From a virus (taxonomy: Duplodnaviria > Heunggongvirae > Uroviricota > Caudoviricetes), in the IMG/VR virus record IMGVR_UViG_2913147268_000005: a DNA stretch of 64,000 nucleotides, one strand, 5' to 3'. Shown piece by piece: positions 18,559 to 27,555 of the stretch. The notes beneath the pieces were generated by a model, which ran no database searches, was not told the DNA's origin, and was given only the letters and a program-made list of their open reading frames with translations. The translations under genes were made by a program, and so were the position numbers. Numbering within the stretch: the stretch's first letter is position 1; every line of letters begins with the position of its first letter.

Positions 18559-20660
18559 TGCTGAATCAGGAAACCGCAAAGGCAGCACGAACCGATTCAG
18601 GTTATATCCTTCGCGCACCGAGACGAATGCGGGTTGCTGATGCCGTTGCTCAGTATATGCGGGTGCCCATGGGGGCAGGGAACTCAGTCCCGTGGGATCC
18701 GCTGGTGGCACCGTATGTTATTGAGCCGATGAACTGCCTGGCCTCGCGTGAATACGACGCAGTGATATTTGTTGGCCCGGCACGAACCGGCAAGACTATC
18801 GGCCTGATTGACGGCTGGGTGATTTACAACGTGATTTGCGATCCTGCTGATATGCTGATTATTCAGATGACGGAGGAAAAAGCCCGCGAACACTCCAAAA
18901 AACGACTCGCCAGAACGTTTCGCGTCAGCCCGGAAGTGGTCAGTCGCCTGAGTCCGAACAAAAATGACAACAACGTTTATGACAGAACATTCCTTGCTGG
19001 TAACTACCTGAAAATCGGCTGGCCGTCAGTCAATATCATGTCCTCATCAGATTATAAATGCGTCGCGCTGACGGATTATGACCGTTTTCCGGAAGATATT
19101 GATGGCGAGGGGGATGCTTTCTCTCTTGCCTCAAAACGTACCACAACATTTATGTCCAGTGGTATGACGCTGGTGGAGAGTTCCCCCGGCAGGGATGTGA
19201 AGGATGTGAAATGGCGACGGACTTCACCGCATGAGGCTCCACCAACCACGGGGATACTGTCGCTCTATAACCGTGGCGATCGCCGTCGCTGGTACTGGCC
19301 CTGTCCACACTGTGGTGAGTATTTTCAGCCCTGCGGCGATGTGGTTGCTGGTTTCCGTGATATTGCCGATCCCGTGCTGGCAAGTGAGGCGGCTTATATT
19401 CAGTGTCCTTCCTGTTCAGGACGGATTATGCCTGAACAAAAACGTGAGCTGAACGGACGTGGGGTCTGGTTGCGGGATGGTGAATCCATCAATGCGGATG
19501 GCAGTCGTTATGGTGATCCCCGACGCTCACGTATTGCGTCATTCTGGATGGAGGGTCCGGCAGCTGCTTACCAGACACTCTCGCAACTCGTTTACAAACT
19601 GCTTACTGCAGAACAGGAATACGAGACAACCGGAAGTGAAGAAACACTCAAGACGGTTATCAATACCGACTGGGGATTACCTTATCTTCCCCGCGCCAGC
19701 ATGGAGCAACGAAAAAGTGAACTGCTTGAGCAGCGGGCAGAGCCAGTTCCTTCCCGCAGTGTGCCGGATGGCGTTAATTTTCTTGTGGCGACAGTGGATG
19801 TGCAGGCGGGACGTCATCGCCGTTTTGTGGTTCAGGTAACGGGCTATGGCAGCCGTGGCGAACGCTGGATTATTGATCGTTACAACATCACGCAGTCATT
19901 GCGCGGTGACAGCGACGGGGAGAGCCAGCGAATTGATCCGGCCAGCTATCCGGAAGACTGGGATGTCCTGCTGACGGATGTTTTTCATAAAAGCTGGCCG
20001 CTGGCCTCCGATCCTTCTCAACAAATGCGACTGATGGCAATGGCGGTGGACTCCGGCGGTGAAGACGGGGTCACTGATAATGCCTATAAATTCTGGCGTC
20101 GTTGCCGTCGTGATGGCCTTGGTAAACGTATTTACCTGTTTAAGGGCGACAGCATCCGGCGCGCAAAACTGATCACCCGTACATTCCCTGATAACACCGG
20201 ACGAACGGGCCGACGGGCGCAGGCTGCAGGTGATGTGCCGCTCTGGCTTCTTCAGACGGATGCACTGAAAGACCGGGTGAATAACGCGTTATGGCGTGAC
20301 TCGCCAGGTCCCGGCTATGTGCATTTCCCTGACTGGCTGGGGAGCTGGTTTTACGACGAACTGACGTATGAAGAGCGGAGCAGTGACGGGAAATGGAGTA
20401 AGCCGGGTCGCGGTGCCAACGAAGCTTTTGACCTGATGGTGTATGCCGAGGCTCTGGTCATTCTGCATGGATACGAAAAGATCCGCTGGCCGGATGCACC
20501 GGAGTGGGCGAGCCGGGAAACCTGGCTGGAGTGTGTCCCGGACAGTATCGAACCGTCACCCTCACCGGAACCGGTATCCACGCCTGTTAAAAAACAAAAA
20601 CGGAAGAAAACAGTAACTGACGATGTTAACCCCTGGCTGACTTCCGGAGGATGGTTATGA
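18558..20660 (+). CDS. Terminase large subunit (lambda gpA family)
   Basis: 700 aa; Walker A (VGPARTGKT); CPHCGE zinc motif as in lambda gpA. Confidence 0.9.
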   Translation: MLNQETAKAARTDSGYILRAPRRMRVADAVAQYMRVPMGAGNSVPWDPLVAPYVIEPMNCLASREYDAVIFVGPARTGKTIGLIDGWVIYNVICDPADMLIIQMTEEKAREHSKKRLARTFRVSPEVVSRLSPNKNDNNVYDRTFLAGNYLKIGWPSVNIMSSSDYKCVALTDYDRFPEDIDGEGDAFSLASKRTTTFMSSGMTLVESSPGRDVKDVKWRRTSPHEAPPTTGILSLYNRGDRRRWYWPCPHCGEYFQPCGDVVAGFRDIADPVLASEAAYIQCPSCSGRIMPEQKRELNGRGVWLRDGESINADGSRYGDPRRSRIASFWMEGPAAAYQTLSQLVYKLLTAEQEYETTGSEETLKTVINTDWGLPYLPRASMEQRKSELLEQRAEPVPSRSVPDGVNFLVATVDVQAGRHRRFVVQVTGYGSRGERWIIDRYNITQSLRGDSDGESQRIDPASYPEDWDVLLTDVFHKSWPLASDPSQQMRLMAMAVDSGGEDGVTDNAYKFWRRCRRDGLGKRIYLFKGDSIRRAKLITRTFPDNTGRTGRRAQAAGDVPLWLLQTDALKDRVNNALWRDSPGPGYVHFPDWLGSWFYDELTYEERSSDGKWSKPGRGANEAFDLMVYAEALVILHGYEKIRWPDAPEWASRETWLECVPDSIEPSPSPEPVSTPVKKQKRKKTVTDDVNPWLTSGGWL

Positions 20661-20869
20661 ACCAGAATGATATCGAAGCCATGATTCAGCGTTATACGGA
20701 AGCTGAAATGGCGGTGCTGGACGGAAAATCCGTCACCTTTAATGGTCAGCAGATGACCATGGAAAACTTATCTGAGATCCGGCAGGGACGGCAGGAGTGG
20801 GAGCGCCGCCTTGCGGCTCTGATTACACGACGACGGGGGCATCCCGGGTACCGGCTGGCGAGGTTCTGA
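20657..20869 (+). CDS. Head-tail joining protein, gpW-like
   Basis: ATG at 20657 overlaps the terminase stop (ATGA); about 70 aa at the lambda W position. Confidence 0.5.
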   Translation: MNQNDIEAMIQRYTEAEMAVLDGKSVTFNGQQMTMENLSEIRQGRQEWERRLAALITRRRGHPGYRLARF

Positions 20870-22377
20870 TGGCAATTCTTGATGATGTGATTGGCGTTTT
20901 TTCACCAGGATGGAAAGCGGCAAGGCTGCGTTCCCGGGCGGTGATCCAGGCTTATGAGGCCGTAAAAACGACGCGGACACACAAAGCCCGGCGGGAAAAC
21001 CGAACTGCCGACCAGTTAAGCCAGTACGGGGCCGTGTCGTTACGTGAGCAGGCCCGTTACCTTGATAACAACCACGATCTGGTCATTGGTGTATTTGACA
21101 AGCTGGAAGAACGGGTGGTGGGGAAAAACGGGATTATTGTCGAGCCACATCCGGTATTACGCAATGGGGCCATTGCCCGTGATCTGGCTGCGGAGATTCG
21201 CACCCGATGGAGTGAATGGTCTGTCAGCCCGGAAGTCACCGGGCAGTTTACCCGTCCGATGCTGGAACGTCTGATGCTGCGTACCTGGCTGCGCGATGGT
21301 GAGGTGTTTGCCCAGATGGTTTCCGGGCGCATAAACAGCCTGACGCCTTCTGCCGGTGTTCATTTCTGGCTGGAGGCGCTCGAGCCGGACTTTATTCCCA
21401 TGACCAGTGATGAGAGCAACAGGCTGAATCAGGGCGTGTTTGTTGATTACTGGGGGCGTCCCGAAAAATATCTGGTGTATAAAAGCCGTCCCGTATCCGG
21501 ACGGCAGATGGAAACCAAAGAAGTGGATGCAGAGCGAATGCTGCATCTTAAATTTGTTCGCCGTCTGCACCAGATGCGCGGGACGTCTTTATTGTCCGGT
21601 GTGCTGATCCGCCTCAGTGCTCTGAAAGAGTATGAAGATTCTGAGCTGACTGCAGCAAGGATCGCCGCTGCTCTGGGGATGTACATCCGGAAAGGCGACG
21701 GGCAGAGCTATGAAGCGGATGGTAATGGCAGCAAGGATAAGGAACGCGAGCTTACCATTCAGCCAGGCATTATTTACGATGATCTGAAACCCGGCGAAGA
21801 AATCGGAATGGTGAAGTCGGATCGCCCCAATCCTAACCTTGAAACTTTTCGTAATGGTCAGTTGCGTGCCGTGGCGGCGGGCAGTCGTCTGAGTTTTTCC
21901 AGTACAGCGCGCAACTATAACGGCACTTACAGCGCCCAGCGTCAGGAGCTGGTTGAATCCACTGATGGCTACCTGATCCTGCAGGACTGGTTTATTGGTG
22001 CCGTCACCCGTCCGATGTATCGTGCCTGGCTGAAACAGGCTGTGGCATCCGGTGTTATCAGGCTACCCCGCGATCTTGACCGTTCTTCACTGTATACCGC
22101 GGTGTATTCCGGACCGGTGATGCCGTGGATTGACCCTGTTAAGGAGGCTGAGGCCTGGAAAATCCAGATTCGTGGTGGAGCGGCGACAGAATCAGACTGG
22201 GTACGTGCTGGTGGTCGTAATCCGGATGATGTCAAACGTCGGCGCAAGGCCGAAATTGATGAAAACCGCAAACTGGATCTGGTATTTGATACCGATCCGG
22301 CCAGTGATAAAGGAGGCAGCAGTGCCGCAACGAAACGACAGGAGCCGCAGCACACCGACGACCAGTCCGAAGAATAA
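20869..22377 (+). CDS. Portal protein (lambda B-like)
   Basis: ATG overlaps the upstream stop (TGATG); about 500 aa between the W-like and protease genes. Confidence 0.85.
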   Translation: MAILDDVIGVFSPGWKAARLRSRAVIQAYEAVKTTRTHKARRENRTADQLSQYGAVSLREQARYLDNNHDLVIGVFDKLEERVVGKNGIIVEPHPVLRNGAIARDLAAEIRTRWSEWSVSPEVTGQFTRPMLERLMLRTWLRDGEVFAQMVSGRINSLTPSAGVHFWLEALEPDFIPMTSDESNRLNQGVFVDYWGRPEKYLVYKSRPVSGRQMETKEVDAERMLHLKFVRRLHQMRGTSLLSGVLIRLSALKEYEDSELTAARIAAALGMYIRKGDGQSYEADGNGSKDKERELTIQPGIIYDDLKPGEEIGMVKSDRPNPNLETFRNGQLRAVAAGSRLSFSSTARNYNGTYSAQRQELVESTDGYLILQDWFIGAVTRPMYRAWLKQAVASGVIRLPRDLDRSSLYTAVYSGPVMPWIDPVKEAEAWKIQIRGGAATESDWVRAGGRNPDDVKRRRKAEIDENRKLDLVFDTDPASDKGGSSAATKRQEPQHTDDQSEE

Positions 22378-22390
22378 TTCCTGGTTCAGG

Positions 22391-24349
22391 ATGCAGGCTG
22401 GTCACCAGAGTGACGCGGATATTTATATTTATGACGAGATTGGTTTCTGGGGTGTTACAGCGAAGCAGTTTATCAGTGATCTGAATGCACTGGGCGATAT
22501 CACCCACATTAATCTCCATATTAATTCACCGGGTGGCGATGTCTTTGAAGGCATCGCCATTTTTAATGCGCTGAAAACACATGGTGCGTCCATTACCGTT
22601 TATGTCGACGGTGTGGCGGCGTCAATGGCGTCGGTCATTGCGATGGTGGGAAACCCGGTCATTATGCCGGAAAACACCTTCATGATGATTCATAAACCAT
22701 TTGGCTTTACGGGCGGTGATGCGGAGGACATGCGCACCTATGCCGACCTGCTCGATAAAGTTGAGGCGGTTCTGTTACCCGCTTATGCACAGAAAACCGG
22801 GAAAACCACCGATGAAATTGCTGCCATGCTGGCGGATGAGACCTGGATGTCCGGTGCCGAATGTCTGGCACATGGATTTGCTGATCAGGTAACGCCAGCC
22901 GTTAAGGCAATGGCATGTATTCAGTCAAAACGTACAGAGGAATTTAAAAAGATGCCGGAATCCATTCGAAACATGATTACTCCGCCACGCAACAGTGCTC
23001 CACGCGTACAGGATAATGAACCTGAAGCCTCCCGGACGCCAGTGCAGGCAGCAGCACCCGTGGTGGATGAAAACAGCATCCGTGCGCAGGTACTGGCAGA
23101 GCAAAAAGCGCGTGTAAACGGTATTAATGATCTGTTTGCCATGTTTGGCGGGCGTTATCAGACGCTGCAGGCTCAGTGTCTTGCCGATCCTGAATGTTCG
23201 CTGGAGCAGGCCCGCGAAAAGCTGTTGAACGAGATGGGGCGCGAGTCCACGCCATCCAATAAAAATACCCCGGCTCATATTTATGCCGGTAACGGTAATT
23301 TTGTGGGGGACGGGATCCGCCAGGCGCTGATGGCGCGTGCCGGATTTGAAAAAACCGAACGTGATAATGTCTACAACGGGATGACCCTGCGTGAATATGC
23401 CCGTATGTCACTGACTGAACGGGGTATTGGGGTTTCCAGTTATAACCCGATGCAGATGGTCGGTGCGGCGTTCACACACAGTACGTCTGACTTCGGTAAT
23501 ATTCTGCTGGATGTTGCGAACAAAGCCATTCTGCAGGGCTGGGAAGATGCCCCTGAAACCTATGAACAGTGGACGCGGAAAGGTCAGTTGTCTGATTTTA
23601 AAATTGCCCATCGTGTGGGTATGGGGGGCTTCAGTGCTCTGCGTCAGGTGCGTGAAGGGGCGGAATATAAATACGTCACCACCGGAGATAAACAGGCCAC
23701 TATTGCACTGGCGACCTATGGCGAGCTGTTCAGTATCACCCGTCAGGCCATTATCAATGATGATCTGAATATGCTGACCGATGTCCCGATGAAGCTGGGC
23801 CGTGCGGCGAAATCCACTATTGCCGATCTGGTTTATGCCATTCTGACGTCTAACCCGAAAATCTCCACAGATAATGTAAGTCTGTTCGATAAAGCGAAAC
23901 ATGCAAACGTACTGGAGAGCGCTGCAATGGACGTGGCATCGCTGGATAAAGCCCGCCAGTTGATGCGCGTTCAGAAAGAGGGGGAGCGTCATCTGAATAT
24001 TCGTCCTGCGTTCGTACTGGTACCGACGGCGATGGAGTCTGTTGCTAACCAGGTCATTCGCTCCTCAAGTGTCAAGGGGGCTGACATTAACGCCGGTATT
24101 ATTAACCCGGTGAAAGATTTTGCGACCGTTATTGCAGAGCCTCGTCTTGATGATAACAGCCAGACCACCTTCTACCTGGCTGCGTCAAAAGGCTCCGATA
24201 CGATTGAAGTGGCTTATCTCAACGGTGTGGATACGCCATATATTGATCAGATGGAGGGCTTCAGTGTGGATGGCGTGACAACGAAAGTGCGTATTGACGC
24301 CGGTGTCGCGCCAGTTGATCACCGCGGTCTGGTGAAATGTACGGCGTAA
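22391..24349 (+). CDS. Prohead protease (ClpP/S49-like) fused to scaffold/major capsid protein
   Basis: N-terminal ClpP-like region (HINLHINSPGGDVFEGIAIFNAL...AASMASVIAM) continuous with a long C-terminal capsid-like region; 653 aa from the ATG at 22391. Confidence 0.75.
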   Translation: MQAGHQSDADIYIYDEIGFWGVTAKQFISDLNALGDITHINLHINSPGGDVFEGIAIFNALKTHGASITVYVDGVAASMASVIAMVGNPVIMPENTFMMIHKPFGFTGGDAEDMRTYADLLDKVEAVLLPAYAQKTGKTTDEIAAMLADETWMSGAECLAHGFADQVTPAVKAMACIQSKRTEEFKKMPESIRNMITPPRNSAPRVQDNEPEASRTPVQAAAPVVDENSIRAQVLAEQKARVNGINDLFAMFGGRYQTLQAQCLADPECSLEQAREKLLNEMGRESTPSNKNTPAHIYAGNGNFVGDGIRQALMARAGFEKTERDNVYNGMTLREYARMSLTERGIGVSSYNPMQMVGAAFTHSTSDFGNILLDVANKAILQGWEDAPETYEQWTRKGQLSDFKIAHRVGMGGFSALRQVREGAEYKYVTTGDKQATIALATYGELFSITRQAIINDDLNMLTDVPMKLGRAAKSTIADLVYAILTSNPKISTDNVSLFDKAKHANVLESAAMDVASLDKARQLMRVQKEGERHLNIRPAFVLVPTAMESVANQVIRSSSVKGADINAGIINPVKDFATVIAEPRLDDNSQTTFYLAASKGSDTIEVAYLNGVDTPYIDQMEGFSVDGVTTKVRIDAGVAPVDHRGLVKCTA

Positions 24350-24372
24350 ACGTCGCAGACAACAACTCTGAT

Positions 24373-24391
24373 GGCCCGTAAGGGCTTTTTT
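24373..24391 (+). terminator. Short hairpin plus T7 after the capsid gene (attenuator-like)
   Basis: GCCC-GTAA-GGGC followed by TTTTTTT, then a second 7-bp-stem hairpin CAGCCCC...GGGGCTG at 24403-24421. Confidence 0.45.
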
Positions 24392-24435
24392 TGTACCTGA
24401 AATCAGCCCCTGAACGGGGCTGTGCGGAGACAGTT

Positions 24436-24759
24436 ATGGCAAAGAATTTTGTAGAAGAAGGAAAAACGGTGGCGATTGTTGCCAGTGCAGCCATCAGCAG
24501 CGGAGATCTGGTGCAGGTGGGTGATGTTTTTGCGGTGGCGCTGACCGATATTCCACAGGGTGAAACAGGCGACGGCATGACCGAAGGTGTGTTTATGCTG
24601 CCTAAGCTGAAAACGGATGACATGAAAACGGGTAAGAAGGTTTATCTGAAGTCCGGAAAAGTTCAGCTGACTAACAGCGGCTCTGATCCGCTGGTCGGGG
24701 TTGTCTGGGCAGATGCCGGAACCAGTGCAGAAGAAGTGCCGGTAAAACTCAATGTCTGA
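24436..24759 (+). CDS. Small head protein (decoration or cement-like)
   Basis: ATG at 24436 behind a GGAGA RBS; 107 aa directly downstream of the capsid gene. Confidence 0.5.
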   Translation: MAKNFVEEGKTVAIVASAAISSGDLVQVGDVFAVALTDIPQGETGDGMTEGVFMLPKLKTDDMKTGKKVYLKSGKVQLTNSGSDPLVGVVWADAGTSAEEVPVKLNV

Positions 24760-25027
24760 TCCCTTTTCCCGGCTGGCAGCGCGTATGGATGCGATCACGG
24801 TCAGAAAGATGGGAAAGACAGCCTCGATTAATGATGCCGATATGACTGTGATCCCGGGAGAAACACTGGCAGAGCTGAATGCTCTGTCCGGACCTGCGGT
24901 ATCTCTGGTGGTGTTTTCTTCGGGATACCGCCCACGGCGCGGGGATCGCGTTGTTTATGACGGACAACAATGGACGGTCACACGGCATGAACGTTTTAAC
25001 GGTAAGCCAATGATCTTTATTGAGTAA
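24752..25027 (+). CDS. Head-tail adaptor protein (putative)
   Basis: 91-aa ORF overlapping the upstream gene within the structural operon. Confidence 0.5.
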   Translation: MSDPFSRLAARMDAITVRKMGKTASINDADMTVIPGETLAELNALSGPAVSLVVFSSGYRPRRGDRVVYDGQQWTVTRHERFNGKPMIFIE

Positions 25028-25038
25028 AGAGGTGTGGG

Positions 25039-25617
25039 ATGAAGGGGCTTGAGAATGCCATCCGTAATCTGAACAGCCTTGATACCCGTATGGTGCCACA
25101 GGCCAGCGCATGGGCGATAAACCGTGTGGCACAGAAAGCGGTCTCGGTCGCCACCCGGCAGGTTGCCGGGAATACCGTTGCGGGAGATAACCAGGTGAAA
25201 GGGATCCCCCTGAAACTGGTACGTCAGCGTGTCCGGGTGTTTAAAGCCAGTCCGTCAGGAAAAATGACGGCCAGGATCCGCGTTAACCGGGGCAATCTGC
25301 CCGCTATTAAGCTGGGGACAACCCAGGTCAGACTGGCCCGGCGTGGTGGAAAACTGCAGTACCGTGGCAGTGTGCTGAAGGTGGGTAAATATCTTTTCCG
25401 GGATGCGTTTATTCAGCAACTGGCGAATGGTCGCTGGCATGTGATGCGGCGTATTGATGGCAAAAATCGTTACCCCATTGATGTGGTGAAAGTCCCGCTG
25501 TCCGGACCGCTGACACAGGCATTTGAAGATGCCCGCGACCGCATTATTGCTGCGGAAATGCCGAAACAGCTGGGGTATGCACTGAAACAACAACTGAGGT
25601 TATGGCTGACCCGATGA
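25039..25617 (+). CDS. Head-tail joining or tail completion protein (HK97 gp10-like)
   Basis: 192-aa ORF at the Z-like position; family call tentative. Confidence 0.5.
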   Translation: MKGLENAIRNLNSLDTRMVPQASAWAINRVAQKAVSVATRQVAGNTVAGDNQVKGIPLKLVRQRVRVFKASPSGKMTARIRVNRGNLPAIKLGTTQVRLARRGGKLQYRGSVLKVGKYLFRDAFIQQLANGRWHVMRRIDGKNRYPIDVVKVPLSGPLTQAFEDARDRIIAAEMPKQLGYALKQQLRLWLTR

Positions 25618-26015
25618 ACCGACATACACAAATCCGCCAGGCCGTACTGGCACGCCTTCGGGAACAGTGTGGAGACAGCGCCACGTTTTTTGACGGGCTT
25701 CCGGCATTTATTGATGCGCAGGAACTGCCTGCCGTGGCGGTGTGGCTGAGTGATGCTCAGTACACCGGAAAAATGACGGATGAAGATGACTGGCAGGCTG
25801 TTCTGCATATTGCTGTCTTCATCCGGGCACAGGCACCGGATTCAGAGCTGGATATGTGGATGGAGAGCACCATTTTCCCGGCTCTGAATGATATACCGGC
25901 ACTTTCCGGACTCATCGACACCCTGATCCCTCTCGGTTTTAACTATCAACGTGATAATGAGATGGCCACCTGGGCGATGGCGGAAATCACGTACCAGATC
26001 ACGTACACGAATTAA
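25602..26015 (+). CDS. Tail terminator protein (U position)
   Basis: 137-aa ORF directly upstream of the major tail protein. Confidence 0.5.
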   Translation: MADPMNRHTQIRQAVLARLREQCGDSATFFDGLPAFIDAQELPAVAVWLSDAQYTGKMTDEDDWQAVLHIAVFIRAQAPDSELDMWMESTIFPALNDIPALSGLIDTLIPLGFNYQRDNEMATWAMAEITYQITYTN

Positions 26016-26026
26016 AGGAGGTGGCA

Positions 26027-26770
26027 ATGACCACACCAAATCCACTGGCAAAAACGAAAGGTGCGGGAACGACGTTCTGGATGTACACCGGCAAGGGCGA
26101 TGCGTTTGCGAACCCTTTATCGGACACTGACTGGCTGCGTCTTGCGATGGTGAAGGATCTGCAACCTGGCGAAATGACCGCTGATGCAGAAGATGACACT
26201 TATCTCGATGATGAAGATGCAGACTGGAAAACGACAACCCAGGGGCAGAAATCCGTCGGTGATACTTCGGCGACGCTGGCCTGGCGTCCGGGTGACAGCG
26301 GGCAGAAAAAACTGGTTCAGTTGTTCGACTCCGGTGAAGTCTGCGCGTTTCGTATCAAATATCCCAACGGCACTGTTGATGTTTTCCGTGGCTGGCTGAG
26401 CTCACTGGGTAAAACCATTGCCTCAAAAGACGTGATGACCCGCACAGTGAAAATCAGCGGTGTGGGGCGTCCGCATCTGGCAGAGGAAGGCACTGAAACA
26501 GTGAGCGTTACCGGGCTGACGGTGGCACCGGCATCTGCCAGTGTAAAAGTGGGAGCAACCACCACGCTGACCTTTACAGTAAAACCTGACGGAGCCAGTG
26601 ACAAAGCGATCAGTGTGCATTCGACAGATCCACAGACTGCCACGGTGACCCTGAACGGGCTTGTGGCCACGGTGAAAGGCGTGAAGCAGGGCAGTGTCAG
26701 CATTGTGGGCATGACTTCTGACGGCGATTTTGTGGCCGTGGCTGCGGTGGCTGTCAGCGCCGCAGGTTAA
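26027..26770 (+). CDS. V: Major tail protein V with C-terminal Ig-like domain
   Basis: AAGGAG RBS 6 nt before the ATG; sequence parallels lambda V (KGAGTTFWMY ... YLDDEDADW ... NGTVDVFRGW). Confidence 0.85.
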   Translation: MTTPNPLAKTKGAGTTFWMYTGKGDAFANPLSDTDWLRLAMVKDLQPGEMTADAEDDTYLDDEDADWKTTTQGQKSVGDTSATLAWRPGDSGQKKLVQLFDSGEVCAFRIKYPNGTVDVFRGWLSSLGKTIASKDVMTRTVKISGVGRPHLAEEGTETVSVTGLTVAPASASVKVGATTTLTFTVKPDGASDKAISVHSTDPQTATVTLNGLVATVKGVKQGSVSIVGMTSDGDFVAVAAVAVSAAG

Positions 26771-26827
26771 CAGGACGATACTCATCATTTGCCCCGGTTA
26801 TCCGGGGCTTTTTTGCAGGTGGAGAAC

Positions 26828-27217
26828 ATGATGTTTCTGAAACAGGGCTCGTTTAATTATGAAAAGCAGTCCGTGGTGCTCAGTGAGCTGTCCGGGCTGC
26901 AGAGAATTGAATATCTGGCGTTTGTTCAGCAGCGAACGGCAAAGTTTGATGCCGAAGAGGGAGAACTGCCGGAGGCTGAACGACAGATTGCTTTTCTGCG
27001 GATGGGGATGGATATCAATGCCTGGCTGGTTTCCCGCTCACTGTGGAATGCGGAACAGTCTCAGGATGTTGAGACGCTTTGCGCATCCGTTATTACAACA
27101 TGGTCGTATGATGCCCTGGGAGCGGGGGCGGAGATGGTTCTGTCGCTGAGCGGTATGGGAGCCATTGAGAATGCCGGGGATTTGGAGCATGAGGTGCTGA
27201 CGCCGGAAAAGTCCTGA
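26828..27217 (+). CDS. G: Tail assembly chaperone G
   Basis: GGAGAACATG start; about 130 aa between V and the tape measure; the downstream overlapping frame is T-like. Confidence 0.75.
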   Translation: MMFLKQGSFNYEKQSVVLSELSGLQRIEYLAFVQQRTAKFDAEEGELPEAERQIAFLRMGMDINAWLVSRSLWNAEQSQDVETLCASVITTWSYDALGAGAEMVLSLSGMGAIENAGDLEHEVLTPEKS

Positions 27218-27555
27218 CGCGGGAAATGCAGTTTGTCATGCGGCTTGCCCGGGAGTTCCGGCGGGCAGACTGGCGGCGGATGCTGTCGGAAATGTCGGCC
27301 ACTGAGCTTGGTGAATGGGGCGATTATTTCCGGATGCAGAGCTTCAGTGATGTGTGGATGGATGCGCAGTTTGCCTCGCTGAAGGCATTGATCGTGAGAA
27401 TGGTGTCCGGTAGCAGTGATGCTGCGGTGGCTGATTTCAGCCTTTTACCGGAAGAGAACGGGATACCGGAGCGAACGGACGAAGAACTGATGCATCTTGG
27501 GGAAGGTATTTCCGGAGGTGTGCGTTATGGACCAGATAGCCAACCTGGTCATTGA
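27193..27555 (+). CDS. T: T-frame extension of the tail assembly chaperone (G-T product via -1 frameshift)
   Basis: -1 frame open from 27193 and overlapping the end of G; classical lambdoid G/GT arrangement; slippery site not pinned down. Confidence 0.55.
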   Translation, partial: GADAGKVLTREMQFVMRLAREFRRADWRRMLSEMSATELGEWGDYFRMQSFSDVWMDAQFASLKALIVRMVSGSSDAAVADFSLLPEENGIPERTDEELMHLGEGISGGVRYGPDSQPGH

